Positions 39,226-49,902 of a DNA stretch of 64,000 bases are shown piece by piece. Source of the DNA: Nitrospinaceae bacterium (lineage in GTDB: Bacteria > Nitrospinota > Nitrospinia > Nitrospinales > Nitrospinaceae); assembly GCA_965237905.1 (NCBI GenBank), contig OZ250172.1, positions 768,001-832,000 of the forward strand. The letters are read 5' to 3'. A program made the translations under genes and the position numbers. The notes under the pieces are model-generated. The model searched no databases, had not been told where the DNA came from, and saw only the letters and a program-made list of their open reading frames with translations. Positions within the stretch are counted from its first letter, which is position 1, and the number at the start of each line of letters is the position of its first letter.

Positions 39226-39990
39226 TTAAGAGGGTTGCTCGGGAGCGGGGGCCATCAATTTGATCCAGTGTTTTTTCTCCCACTGTATGGCTTCCCGGTA
39301 ATGGAGGTATTCTTTTTCCTTGGCCTTGAAATCCTTGTGGTGCATCTGCCATTGACCGTTGCGCCGTACTGGCGGCACTGCCTGGTGGCACATTTCATGG
39401 TAGACCGTCAACTCCAGTACGCTCACGGGAACAAAATCCTGCTTCAGCCGCTGGTGAATGCGAATCAATTTGTTTTTGGCGTCATAGTTTCCAAAACTAA
39501 AGGAACGGCGATTGGGGACTTTGACATTTTTTCCCCACTCCACCTGAGCCTCCACCTTGCCGTTAAAATATTCTTCATTCAAGCGGTCGAAAATCGCCTG
39601 CAGGTCCCGTTCACCGGCCGGTGGTGCTTCCACCCATTCCAATTCCTCCTGACGGGCCTGGGCCCGGCATTCCTTGAGAAAACTGCGCACCAGCGTGCGG
39701 TGCGACTCCGGCAAGTGCTCCAACTGCGCCACCTGGCCAAGCAGTCGGCTTTGGAGGGACTCCTGAACATCCGACGTCTCGCACGGAAACAAATCGTAAT
39801 ACCCTTCGTTGAACATCTCCCATTTCACCCGTTGAGCGCTGGAATCGACACTCACCTGCCCCAAAAACTCCAAACCTTTTTTGCGGCACCGGAATATGTT
39901 CTTGAATACATTTCCAGCCGTGGCGAAGGCACTGGGAACTCCCAAGGTAATCGTACCGGGGTTAACCGTTTGCTTTTTTAAAGCTGGCAT
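39226..39990 (-). CDS. SprT-like zinc metalloprotease domain protein
   Basis: DLQAIFDRLNEEYF, YHEMCH, HHKDF; start uncertain (GTG 40017 or ATG 39990). Confidence 0.75.
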   Translation of the reverse strand: MPALKKQTVNPGTITLGVPSAFATAGNVFKNIFRCRKKGLEFLGQVSVDSSAQRVKWEMFNEGYYDLFPCETSDVQESLQSRLLGQVAQLEHLPESHRTLVRSFLKECRAQARQEELEWVEAPPAGERDLQAIFDRLNEEYFNGKVEAQVEWGKNVKVPNRRSFSFGNYDAKNKLIRIHQRLKQDFVPVSVLELTVYHEMCHQAVPPVRRNGQWQMHHKDFKAKEKEYLHYREAIQWEKKHWIKLMAPAPEQPS

Positions 39991-40152
39991 GGAAGAACTC
40001 GCTTTCAGGAGGGCCACTGAGAAGATATCAAGAGGCGTTTAAACCTAACCCAATGAGTTTACACTCTGGCCCGGTGTAAATTCAATTCCTTTTTTCTTGC
40101 GCGGTTTCCCGGCTGTCTTTACTTGCCTGGCGATTCGTGTAATGATTAATCT

Positions 40153-41493
40153 ATGCAAAATTTAATATCCGCCTTTTTAATACTTTTACTGGCAAGCGCG
40201 TGCGCAGGGCCTCCTGCTACGGAAAATGCCTCGACCACCTACGATCCCGCCCCGGATATCGACCGGTTTTTGGCCACCCAAGATCCCGCCGAAGAATCCG
40301 AAATCCTGAAAAGGTTGAAAGAATCCGGGATTCCCCATGACGCGATCAAAACCCATTTACGCGCCAGTGCCGTCATTTATCGCGGACCAACTGGCTTGTA
40401 CTACGGCGTACCCGTCAAACACATGGGCAAGGAATTGACTTATTCCTTATATATCCCCGAATCGGCACAGGAGGGACAACCGTTGCCGATGGTCGTTATC
40501 CTGCACGGCATGGGTGGAACAGGCGATTTGACTCTCCAGAGTTGGCGGAAGCGGTTGAACGATGAATTCATCATCCTCTGCCCTTCGTATCCCATCGGCG
40601 CCTGGTGGACCCAGTCGGCGGAGGAGTTGGTTCTGCAACTGATCCGCGAAACCAAAATGCGGGTCCCGGTCGATCCCAACCGGATTTTTCTGGCGGGACT
40701 TTCCAATGGCGCGTTGGGGACTTACATGATAGGAGCGTTTCATCCCGATTATTTTGCAGGCATCATCCCCATTGCCGGTGCGATTTCGGAACCGCATTAT
40801 TTGCATTTCCTGATCAACCTCACCCACACTCCGGTCTACAGCATCCAGGGGCAATATGATCCCATCTTTCCCATCCAGTTCAGTCACCGTATCAATAAAA
40901 TCCTGACCGATATGAAATATCCTCTGACGTATCGCGAACACACCGAGAAAGGCACAGCGCATGGCGGACATTTTCTGCCCGCATCGGAAGTGCCCGTACT
41001 CTTGGAATGGTTGAAGGAACAACAACGGGAACCATATTCCACCATCATACGCATGGTACGGGAGGGCAATCATCTGGACCGTATTCAATGGGCTCGCGTG
41101 ACTCGCGGATTGAATATGGCCGCCTTGCAGATACCCGGTCCCCTGCCGGAATCCATGAACATCAAAGACGGCAAAGCCGCCACCTTGATCGCCGTTCACA
41201 AGGAATCCAACCTGTTCGAAACCATGGGGAAAAATCTGCTGGAAATGGAACTCTATTTAGATGCCAACCGGGTGGACTTTGAACAACCGGTCATGGTGAC
41301 GTTCCAGGAAATGAAAGAGTTGGAGGGCAAAATTATCGTCGGGCAGAAGCTGGTCAAGTACCAGGGAAAAGTAACCCGGGATACCGCCCTCCTGCTCCGG
41401 GAATTCAAATTGCGCCGGGACCCGGAACAACTGTACGATGCGAAAATCACCGTGGTTCTAGAAGAGGGTTCCCAATTTGCCATGAAACCATGA
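40153..41493 (+). CDS. Lipoprotein with an alpha/beta-hydrolase (esterase/peptidase) domain
   Basis: Lipobox LASAC, LHGMG, GLSNG nucleophile, DP, GGH. Confidence 0.8.
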   Translation: MQNLISAFLILLLASACAGPPATENASTTYDPAPDIDRFLATQDPAEESEILKRLKESGIPHDAIKTHLRASAVIYRGPTGLYYGVPVKHMGKELTYSLYIPESAQEGQPLPMVVILHGMGGTGDLTLQSWRKRLNDEFIILCPSYPIGAWWTQSAEELVLQLIRETKMRVPVDPNRIFLAGLSNGALGTYMIGAFHPDYFAGIIPIAGAISEPHYLHFLINLTHTPVYSIQGQYDPIFPIQFSHRINKILTDMKYPLTYREHTEKGTAHGGHFLPASEVPVLLEWLKEQQREPYSTIIRMVREGNHLDRIQWARVTRGLNMAALQIPGPLPESMNIKDGKAATLIAVHKESNLFETMGKNLLEMELYLDANRVDFEQPVMVTFQEMKELEGKIIVGQKLVKYQGKVTRDTALLLREFKLRRDPEQLYDAKITVVLEEGSQFAMKP

Positions 41494-43871
41494 ACCGCTC
41501 CGATCCTCCTTCCCCACAAAAAACGCAACAGAGCGGTATGGCGCATATCGGATGGCCCGCCATCCAAAACGCGCTGGCTGGGCTGGCCGAATCTGCTATC
41601 ACGCGTGAACTCTGCGTCACTTTGCATCCCGAATCCGGCTTTGAATCGGCCCAACGTCTATTGGAAGAAACCTCCGAGATGGTTCTCTCACTGGCAGGAG
41701 TCGAGCCCTGCCCTCTCCGGTCTTTTGACGATCTGACTCCGATCCTCCAAGAGGTAGTAGAAAATCTTTTTGTGGAACCCATTTCCTGTCTGCAGGCCGC
41801 GCATCACCTGCGACTGGCGCGCGATCTCAAAAAGTATTTTAAAAAGCAGAACGACGCACCACTCCTCAAGCAAATCAGCGAAACCCTGGACCCCATACCA
41901 CCATTGCTGAAAGAGATCGAACGGTGCCTGGATGCCGACGGTGAAATCAAAGAAAATGCATCGCCGGAACTGAAGCAGGCCATGCGTAATGCCGCCACGG
42001 CCCGGCAAAATCTGGAAACGGCTCTCAAGAAAATCATGGCTAAGACCGGATCGAAAGAAGCACTCCAGGATAGTTACTTCACCGAGCGGGAAGGCCGCTT
42101 GGTTCTGCCGGTCAAGGCAGAAGCTAAATCCCAACTGGGGGGCATCGTGCACGACAGTTCCGGCAGTGGTCAAACCTTATTCGTAGAACCCACCTCCATT
42201 ATTCCGCTGAACAATAAAGTCAAAATCGCGCGGATGGATGTCGAGCAGGAAAAAATAAAAATCCTGCAGGCGCTGGCACGCGGCCTGCGGGAACACCGGG
42301 AAATATTGCAAGCCAATCAGGATATTTTGACGACTCTGGACGCAATTTATGCCCGAGCCCGGCTGGCCGGAAAAATGGAAGCACGCCGGTTTCTGTTAAG
42401 GAACGACGGACTGGTGAACCTGCGCCGCGCACGCAATCCCGAACTGGTTTTGAACGGACAGGAAGTGATTCCCAACGATATTCAATGGGACGCGGCGACA
42501 CGGGTCATCATCATCTCCGGTCCCAATACCGGCGGCAAAACGGTGACGTTGAAAACCGTAGGGTTGATGTCCATGATGGCGCGGGCTGGATTGCTCCTGC
42601 CGGTCGCGGACAATTCGGAGATGGGGTTTTTCCCGGAAGTGTACGCCGACATCGGTGACGAGCAGAATATTCAACTGCAGTTGTCCACCTTCTCCGCGCA
42701 TCTCGCAAAAATTATTCATATATTCAATAACGCTTCCGAAGGCGCGTTGATTCTGCTGGACGAGCTGGGTATCGCCACCGACCCGCATGAGGGGGCGGCC
42801 CTGGCGGAATCGATCCTGATCGAAATGAAGCGGCGCGGTTTGATGGTGCTGGTCTCCACCCACTACCTGGCTCTCAAAACTCTGGCGCAAACCGAAGAAG
42901 GATTTTTAAACGCCTGCACCGAATTCGACGATCAGACACACCGGCCCACTTACCGCCTGATCTTCGGCGCACCAGGAGACAGCGCCGCGCTGGAAACGGC
43001 GGAACGTCTCGGGCTCGACGTCGTCACCCTCGACCGCGCCCGCGCTATCTATGAACAAAAAGACCACCGTGCCGAACAACTCCTGCAATCTCTGAGCCGT
43101 CAAAAACGGGAACTGGTTAAGGACCAGGAAGCACTCCAGCAAAAGATGGAAGAGACCAACCGATTGTTGGAAGAGCAGAAAACCATCACCGGAAATTTAA
43201 AGGAAGAGGAACGGGATTTTATCCAAACCAAAGCAAAAAAAGTGCAGGCCTTCGTCCGCGACGCCAAGCGGGAAATCAAAAAACTCATGGACAGTCTGCG
43301 CGAGACCCGCGACGTATCGCACTTGCGCAAGGCCGAGAAACAGATTCACCAACTGGGACAAGTCCCTTTATCCGCTCTGTCCCCGCAGGAAGCGGGTTGG
43401 GAAGTGCCCGCGGACCAACTGAAGTCCGGGGACCGGGTGCGGGTGGAAAATTACAATGCCTTCGGCACTCTTTTGGAGAATCCGGCGGGAAAAACCAAGG
43501 TGCGTATTCAATTGGGGAATCTCGAGACCACTGTGGACATCCAAACACTGAAAGGGAGCCGTGACCCTGCGCCACCGAAAAATACCAAGTCGGAACCGGA
43601 AATACGAATCCAGACGGAAGCCCAAACGTCTTCCCAAACCACATGCGACCTTCGGGGGAAAAGCGTGGACGAAGCGAAAGAGGAAATGGAGGTGTTTCTC
43701 AGTCGCGCCATCGTCAACAAACTGGGGAGAGTGCTTATCATTCACGGTCACGGCATGGGCAAACTGAAACAGATGGTGCGGGACACGCTGGATACCTCCG
43801 GCATCGGTAAAAACCATCATCCCGGCGAACGGCACGAAGGCGGCGACGGAGTGACGGTGGTAGAGCTCTGA
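41490..43871 (+). CDS. mutS2: Endonuclease MutS2
   Basis: SGSGQTLFVEP, GPNTGGKT, DIGDEQ, LSTFSAH, LDELG, C-terminal Smr (DLRG, IHGHGMG). Confidence 0.94.
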   Translation: MNRSDPPSPQKTQQSGMAHIGWPAIQNALAGLAESAITRELCVTLHPESGFESAQRLLEETSEMVLSLAGVEPCPLRSFDDLTPILQEVVENLFVEPISCLQAAHHLRLARDLKKYFKKQNDAPLLKQISETLDPIPPLLKEIERCLDADGEIKENASPELKQAMRNAATARQNLETALKKIMAKTGSKEALQDSYFTEREGRLVLPVKAEAKSQLGGIVHDSSGSGQTLFVEPTSIIPLNNKVKIARMDVEQEKIKILQALARGLREHREILQANQDILTTLDAIYARARLAGKMEARRFLLRNDGLVNLRRARNPELVLNGQEVIPNDIQWDAATRVIIISGPNTGGKTVTLKTVGLMSMMARAGLLLPVADNSEMGFFPEVYADIGDEQNIQLQLSTFSAHLAKIIHIFNNASEGALILLDELGIATDPHEGAALAESILIEMKRRGLMVLVSTHYLALKTLAQTEEGFLNACTEFDDQTHRPTYRLIFGAPGDSAALETAERLGLDVVTLDRARAIYEQKDHRAEQLLQSLSRQKRELVKDQEALQQKMEETNRLLEEQKTITGNLKEEERDFIQTKAKKVQAFVRDAKREIKKLMDSLRETRDVSHLRKAEKQIHQLGQVPLSALSPQEAGWEVPADQLKSGDRVRVENYNAFGTLLENPAGKTKVRIQLGNLETTVDIQTLKGSRDPAPPKNTKSEPEIRIQTEAQTSSQTTCDLRGKSVDEAKEEMEVFLSRAIVNKLGRVLIIHGHGMGKLKQMVRDTLDTSGIGKNHHPGERHEGGDGVTVVEL

Positions 43872-43924
43872 TGCGTCATTTCAATAACAATACTCTCAAA
43901 CCCTATTTATGTGAGGACTTTATA

Positions 43925-44512
43925 ATGAAACGCATGATTCCGATAGGCTACATCAGCCTGGCAATACTTTTTATGTTTATCAGTCTTTCCCATGCAGGTG
44001 GCGGGAGCGGGAGGGTGCAGGTTACACTTCACGGCAAACGATTGACTCTGATCGGTAATCCTTTGCAGAAAGGACAACTGTTCCCTGCGGTCACGATTCC
44101 CGACAGTGGATTGAAAATGACCGACCTGCAATCCTTCAAGGGCAAGGTGACGATCATCAGTATCGTGCCTTCCATTGACACCAAAGTGTGCGAGAAACAA
44201 ACGCATATTTTAAGCGAAGAGAACGGCGGACTGGACAAAACCGTGCGCCTGGTGACCGTCAGCCGGGACCTGCCGTTCGCGCAAAAGCGGTTCGCTGAAG
44301 AGGCGAAAATCCACAACGTGCTGTTTTTGTCCGATTACCAGCATGGCCAGTTCGGAACATCCACCGGACTCATGATTCAGGAGAACCGTCTGCTGGCCCG
44401 GGCGGTGGTCGTCGTGGATAAAAAAGGCGTGATCCGTTATCTGGAAATAGTGCCGGACCTCGGACAACTGCCGAACATGAAAAAAGCGTTTCAACTGGCG
44501 GAATCTTTATAA
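43925..44512 (+). CDS. tpx: Thiol peroxidase (Tpx family) with signal peptide
   Basis: SIVPSIDTKVC, VSRDLPFAQKRF, LLARAV; start at ATG 43925. Confidence 0.88.
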   Translation: MKRMIPIGYISLAILFMFISLSHAGGGSGRVQVTLHGKRLTLIGNPLQKGQLFPAVTIPDSGLKMTDLQSFKGKVTIISIVPSIDTKVCEKQTHILSEENGGLDKTVRLVTVSRDLPFAQKRFAEEAKIHNVLFLSDYQHGQFGTSTGLMIQENRLLARAVVVVDKKGVIRYLEIVPDLGQLPNMKKAFQLAESL

Positions 44513-44541
44513 GGACAAGGATCGGTTTTGGGGGAAATGTT

Positions 44542-45246
44542 TTATACCGCTTCGGCTTCTTTGTGAGATTGCAGGTCTTCCGGTTTGATTACGGGACGAG
44601 CGATGCACAACGTCCCAATAAAGTTTTTTTCCACACCGATCGTTTGCACGTGTTCGTCGCTCTCCTCCCACAGGCCGCAGGCATCCACCGCAAACTCGAG
44701 CGCTGGAATTTCACTGGATATCACGGAATTCGGGCTGGTCCTCAATTGAATCGAGAGGTGGTAGGTCGCCCGGTGCCCGACCCATTTGGTCATGATTTGG
44801 GGAAGCACTTCGTCCTTGTTATCCATGAACAAAAGATCGCCGACAAACTCCCCCACCATTTCCCCGTCTTCATATCCCAGCAATCGCACGGCAGGATTGG
44901 CGAAAACAACAATGCCATGGCTGTCCAGCTGAAATATCAGATCATTGGTGGATTCGACAATGGATCTGTACCTTCGTGCCGTTTTGCCTAATTCGGTGAC
45001 CGTTTTCTTGCCGGTTTCCTGAAGCCCTCCCATCAAACCGGGAAGGGTGAAGAGCATCGCCAGCAAAACAATGCTGATATGTACCCCGGTATCGAACCAG
45101 GGCATTTCACCTTGGGAAGACACTTGAAAGACCGGCTTGATCATGCCTTCCAACACGAACTCCCACACCAGGGACAACGCCAGGACCAAAAACAGAGTTG
45201 TTCCGAAGTGCTTCCAGATCTTTTTTTTAAAGTTTTCCGGACTCAT
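44542..45246 (-). CDS. Two-TM PAS-domain protein with no output domain
   Basis: RYRSIVESTNDLIFQLD...FANPA...LGY PAS signature. Confidence 0.8.
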   Translation of the reverse strand: MSPENFKKKIWKHFGTTLFLVLALSLVWEFVLEGMIKPVFQVSSQGEMPWFDTGVHISIVLLAMLFTLPGLMGGLQETGKKTVTELGKTARRYRSIVESTNDLIFQLDSHGIVVFANPAVRLLGYEDGEMVGEFVGDLLFMDNKDEVLPQIMTKWVGHRATYHLSIQLRTSPNSVISSEIPALEFAVDACGLWEESDEHVQTIGVEKNFIGTLCIARPVIKPEDLQSHKEAEAV

Positions 45247-45386
45247 AGGGCGCGTCTAGGAAAAAGCCTCAAAAGTATTGCAAATTTGAACATGACTAGA
45301 TAGTCATCAGATTACCATTTATCAGGTAAACATTCCAGTCTTTCTTGGGTGGAAAATGATGAAATCAGCCGTATTGCCTATAGGGA

Positions 45387-48314
45387 TTAATGGAACACCT
45401 TGACCAGGTTTTCGAAATGGGAGGAGGATTTTTTGATCTTGCCCTCGTTGCCCAAAGCACACACCGTTCCCTGATCGCGGACTATTTCAAACAGCCCGGC
45501 ATATTCCCGGATATCGCTCATCCGGGTGGACAACAATTCCTCCAGGCGCCGTTGCTTGAATTCATGGGTCAGGCCGGTCAAATGTTCAGTTTTAGCGATA
45601 TATCCTTTGCGATCCGGAGTCAGGGGAGGATTGATCTTACCGGCACAACCGATGACGATCTTCTCGAACTCCTCGTCAGGAATTTCCAGCTGGCTTAGAA
45701 ATTCGGGGATGTCATCGTACGCCTGCAGGGTTTCCACCAGATTGGGGTCGCGGTAGGAGACCAACGTAAGATCTCCTGTATACGGGTCAAAGCTCAAGCT
45801 GCTTCCATACGCACCTCCCTTGACGCGCACCCGGTCCCACAGGTAAACCGTGCTCAACAGAGCCCTGAGAACGTCGAACTTCCCGGAAAACTTAAATCCA
45901 TGATCGTAAAGGTTGGCGGCCTTCCCGACATATTGAACAGTGCTCGCCGTCATGAATGCTTCGTTGGAATCCACCGATCCAAACTCCAGCCCGGCGGTAG
46001 GGTGGGACACATCAGGCAACACGTCCGTAATCCCTTGCAGGCGTTTTTCCACCTTTTTATAATCCTTGCCCGTGCAGGTGATGTTGGCCAGCAGGTTGTC
46101 CCGGGTGAACATATACTTCGCCACCTCCTGAAAACGGTCCGCCACTTCCCGTGGATTGTTTTCCACACGCGTCAGCAGGTCTTCGAGAAAACGGAAATAA
46201 GTGATCCCTCCCAGCAATTCGTCATAACGACCGATGCGGGAGTTATAGGACTGGAGCCGCGACGCGACATAATGGTTGCCGTGCGGAACAATGGAAGCTT
46301 CCATGTTTGCCTTGGCGCTCCGGATAATTTCCGCAAGCCGCTTGTGATTATCGAAGTTGCGTTCGCCGAGCAATTCCTCGAACAGGTCGAACAGGTCGTC
46401 AACCTTTTCCACAAGTGCTGTGCCGTTGAAGTTGAGATAGGAAATGATCTGGTTCCGGTCCCGTAATAGGACGGTGGAAAAGTCGGACGAGGAAATTCCG
46501 CCGGTGCGAATACCGATCTGCTGGCCCATTTCCACATAGTCGCGTTTGTTGGTTCCCATGCCCAACACCAACCGGCCCAGCAATGGCAGGTATTGAATTT
46601 GATCCTGCGGTACTTTCTCCGCGGTGAAACACATTTGGGTGTAGGCGATCTTGTTGGTAAACAGATCGTGGAACAACGTCTTGGGCGCATGCTCCTTTTT
46701 AATCTCGCAAGGGTATTGCGGCGCTTCTTTGCCCACATCCCCCAGCGTCAGCCGGGGCAAGGTGGCCAGAGCTTCCGGCGAGTCCGGCTCCATCTGCCGT
46801 TCTTGAAGCGTTTGGGTGGTTTGTACCAGCTTCTCAATTTCCGGCTCGGCCAGGGAGGCTTTCATTTGCCGCAATTGTTTTCGGACTTTGGCTTCCTGCT
46901 TCTCTCCCAATCCCGGTTTGGGGACCAGCACCACCACACTGCGGTGTTTGTTCTCCAGTAAATATTTGCGGATAAGTTTTTCGAAATGGCCTTCTTTCGA
47001 CTTCTTTTTGACCTTTTTAATCAGCCGGTCGTATTTCAGATGGTTCAGCGGATTGGCGTCGTACAGCCAGGAACCGAGGGCCTGAATGTTGTAGACGATG
47101 CCTTTCGGGAACCCGCCGAAATTGGCCTCGCGCAGTTTGAAGTCAATGGTATTGACCGAAGCCAGCACTTGGTTTTCATCGATGCCGTTTTCAGCTAAAC
47201 CTTCCAGAGTGCTGAAAATGAGATCAACGATCTTCTGCGCATCTTTTTCTTCCGCGCCTTTCAGGCCCACGGCGAACATAGTCTCAATGCGGTTGTCGTC
47301 GAACCCGCCGCCGATGACTTCGGACCCCAGATTGGATTGCAACAGCGCCTTGCGCAGAGGCGAGCCGGAGGTGCCCAGCAGAATATGACTCAGAATATCC
47401 ATGAACAGGCAATGTTCGTAATCGGTCGACTTGCCGAGCTTGAGTCCTACGACGACAAATGTTTTTTTCTCCGGCGATTCGTCTTTGGAAATCGAGTAAG
47501 GAACTTCTTTCCATTTGGGTTTGCTGAACCGCCGCTGAAGCCCAACTTCAGAATCCACCTCCACGCGATCAAACCCGTTGAGATATTCCTCGTGCAGAAA
47601 CTTGAGCTGGTCCGCCGTGTTGCCGTCGCCGTACAAAAAGATGCGACTGTTGGAGGGATGGTAGTAGCGCCGGTGAAAGTCCTTGAACTCCTCATAAGTC
47701 AACTCGGGGATGACCAGCGGATCGCCGCCGGACTCGTAACCGTACGTGGTTTTCGGGAACAAGGAATGCGCCAGGTAACGATCGAGCACGCTTTCGGGAC
47801 TGGAGAAAACCCCCTTCATTTCATTGAACACAACGCCCTTGTAGGACACCGGACCGTCCGGGTCTTCCAGTTCGTAATGCCAGCCCTCCTGCATGAACGT
47901 CTCCTTGGTGATGCGCGGATGAAACACAGCATCGAGGTACACGTTCATGAGGTTGTACAAATCCTTCTGGTTTCTGCTGGCCACCGGGTACATGGTTTTG
48001 TCGGGAAACGTCATTGCATTGAGAAACGTCTGCAGACTGCCCTTCATGAGTTCCACAAACGGTTCCTTGACGGGAAATTTCCGGGAACCGCACAGTACGC
48101 TGTGCTCCAGAATGTGGGCCACACCGCGATCATTGGCGGGCGGGGTACGGAAGGTGACGCTGAACACCTTGTTGTCATCGTCGTTTTCCATCACCAACAG
48201 CTCGGCTCCTGTTTTCTCATGCTCAAACTGGAGCGCGACGGAGTTGAGCTCCTTGATGTTTTCCTGATGGATGCATTTAAAACCGTGATAGGTCTGGTGA
48301 GTTTCAAAACTCAT
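45387..48314 (-). CDS. M16C (PreP/presequence protease-like) metallopeptidase
   Basis: HILEHSVLCGS, FLNAMTFPDKTMYP, KGVVFNEMKG, RVKGGAYG, SYRDP; start at ATG 48314. Confidence 0.93.
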   Translation of the reverse strand: MSFETHQTYHGFKCIHQENIKELNSVALQFEHEKTGAELLVMENDDDNKVFSVTFRTPPANDRGVAHILEHSVLCGSRKFPVKEPFVELMKGSLQTFLNAMTFPDKTMYPVASRNQKDLYNLMNVYLDAVFHPRITKETFMQEGWHYELEDPDGPVSYKGVVFNEMKGVFSSPESVLDRYLAHSLFPKTTYGYESGGDPLVIPELTYEEFKDFHRRYYHPSNSRIFLYGDGNTADQLKFLHEEYLNGFDRVEVDSEVGLQRRFSKPKWKEVPYSISKDESPEKKTFVVVGLKLGKSTDYEHCLFMDILSHILLGTSGSPLRKALLQSNLGSEVIGGGFDDNRIETMFAVGLKGAEEKDAQKIVDLIFSTLEGLAENGIDENQVLASVNTIDFKLREANFGGFPKGIVYNIQALGSWLYDANPLNHLKYDRLIKKVKKKSKEGHFEKLIRKYLLENKHRSVVVLVPKPGLGEKQEAKVRKQLRQMKASLAEPEIEKLVQTTQTLQERQMEPDSPEALATLPRLTLGDVGKEAPQYPCEIKKEHAPKTLFHDLFTNKIAYTQMCFTAEKVPQDQIQYLPLLGRLVLGMGTNKRDYVEMGQQIGIRTGGISSSDFSTVLLRDRNQIISYLNFNGTALVEKVDDLFDLFEELLGERNFDNHKRLAEIIRSAKANMEASIVPHGNHYVASRLQSYNSRIGRYDELLGGITYFRFLEDLLTRVENNPREVADRFQEVAKYMFTRDNLLANITCTGKDYKKVEKRLQGITDVLPDVSHPTAGLEFGSVDSNEAFMTASTVQYVGKAANLYDHGFKFSGKFDVLRALLSTVYLWDRVRVKGGAYGSSLSFDPYTGDLTLVSYRDPNLVETLQAYDDIPEFLSQLEIPDEEFEKIVIGCAGKINPPLTPDRKGYIAKTEHLTGLTHEFKQRRLEELLSTRMSDIREYAGLFEIVRDQGTVCALGNEGKIKKSSSHFENLVKVFH

Positions 48315-48412
48315 GGACGTTCCTTTCCGGATATCGAAACCCACTAAGAGATACTTTGCGGGATGGGGGTTGAATTGAAGGGGGAAGAATACCACAGCAT
48401 GGGGGAAAATCC

Positions 48413-49177
48413 CTATCCCGTAATCTCGAGGCCCACGGGACAATGGTCGGAGCCCATCACCTCCGGCGTAATATACGAATTTTTAACGCGTTTCATGAGG
48501 CTCTCGGTGACGAAAAAGTAGTCTATCCGCCACCCGATGTTGCGTTCACGCGCATTGGCGCGATAGGTCCACCAGGAATATTGATCGGGCTTCTGGTTGA
48601 ATTGGCGGAAGGTGTCGACATAACCGTGGGCGACGAATTGGTCCATCCACTCACGTTCGATCGGCAGGAACCCGGAGTTTTTTTCATTGGGCTTGGGATT
48701 TTTCAGATCGATGGCCTTGTGTGCCGTATTGACATCCCCGCAGATAACCAGTTCTTTCCCTTCCGCCCGCAACGCTTCACAATGCTCGAGAAACGCGTCG
48801 TAAAAATCGAGCTTGTACTGAAGGCGCTCCTCCCCGCTGGTGCCATTGGGGAAATAAATATTGAGCAGATCAAATTTGGGGAACTCGAGGCGGATGTAAC
48901 GGCCCTCCACATCGAACCGGTCAATCCCCACTCCCAGGTGAACGCTCTTCGGTTTCTTTTTGGTGAACGTGACCACGCCGCTGTAGCCCTTGCGCTGGGC
49001 CGGGTTCCATGTCGCGTGGTAACCGTCCAGTTTCGCCACATGCGGCGGCACCTGGTCGGGATACGCCTTGGCCTCCTGCAGGCACAGCACGTCCGGCGAT
49101 ACCCGGTCCACCCATTCCAGAAATCCCTTTTTCACCGCGGCACGGATGCCATTGACGTTCCAGCTGACAATGTTCAT
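48413..49177 (-). CDS. xth: Exodeoxyribonuclease III
   Basis: SWNVNGIRA, CLQE, KGYSGV, GDVNTAH, GWRIDY, SDHCP. Confidence 0.95.
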   Translation of the reverse strand: MNIVSWNVNGIRAAVKKGFLEWVDRVSPDVLCLQEAKAYPDQVPPHVAKLDGYHATWNPAQRKGYSGVVTFTKKKPKSVHLGVGIDRFDVEGRYIRLEFPKFDLLNIYFPNGTSGEERLQYKLDFYDAFLEHCEALRAEGKELVICGDVNTAHKAIDLKNPKPNEKNSGFLPIEREWMDQFVAHGYVDTFRQFNQKPDQYSWWTYRANARERNIGWRIDYFFVTESLMKRVKNSYITPEVMGSDHCPVGLEITG

Positions 49178-49362
49178 GAAACCTCGTTATTACGGGAACC
49201 CGTCTCACGAAGACTCCCCTTTTAAAAGAGCGCAAAGCATAAGGGAAATGTCATATCAGTGCAAGCACCTTTGCGTTTTTCGGTTAAACTATAGGGAGGT
49301 TTTCATAGGAATCTATTTTCCTCTCCATCTATTCACCCGGATCAACACCCAAGGAGACATCT

Positions 49363-49899
49363 ATGTTGGATTTCACCCATATCCGCTATGGTATCGCCAT
49401 CGCTCTGGTGGCAATTTTATTCGGCGGTTTGCTCGGCCTGTCTTTCGGGTGTTGCGAAGACGACATCAAGGGCAACCTGAGGGCGAGTGCAGATGCCGTA
49501 CTTGATAAACATTATGGCGGCGATGCCAACAAGGCGGTCTCAACCGTGAGCAAGTCCTGGGTCTATTTCAAGCGTGCGCATCTGCATTCCCAGACCATGG
49601 GCGTCATGGCCATCGTGTTCGCCCTGCTGGCCGCCTGGCTCAACTTTCAACCGAAATTTCAACTGGGAATTTCTCTATTGAGCGGCCTGGGAAGCCTCGG
49701 GTATGGCCTGTTCTGGTTGCTGGCGGCAATTCTGGCGCCGGGGATGGGGTCGACCCATGCCTCCAAAGAATCGGTGGCACTGATCGCTCAACTATCGGGC
49801 GGAGCTTTTTTTGTATCCGGTGTCACGGTATTCGGCTTGATACTCTGGAAACTGTTTATACAGGGCAGGAAGACTTCCAGCCTTCCCGGCTCATCGTAG
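49363..49899 (+). CDS. Hypothetical four-TM membrane protein with a His-rich RAHLH motif
   Basis: AGGAG RBS; four hydrophobic helices. Confidence 0.75.
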   Translation: MLDFTHIRYGIAIALVAILFGGLLGLSFGCCEDDIKGNLRASADAVLDKHYGGDANKAVSTVSKSWVYFKRAHLHSQTMGVMAIVFALLAAWLNFQPKFQLGISLLSGLGSLGYGLFWLLAAILAPGMGSTHASKESVALIAQLSGGAFFVSGVTVFGLILWKLFIQGRKTSSLPGSS

Positions 49900-49902
49900 C
49901 TA

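Noticed and set aside
47337..48347. 336-aa plus-strand ORF
   Set aside because: Antisense shadow of the M16 peptidase gene
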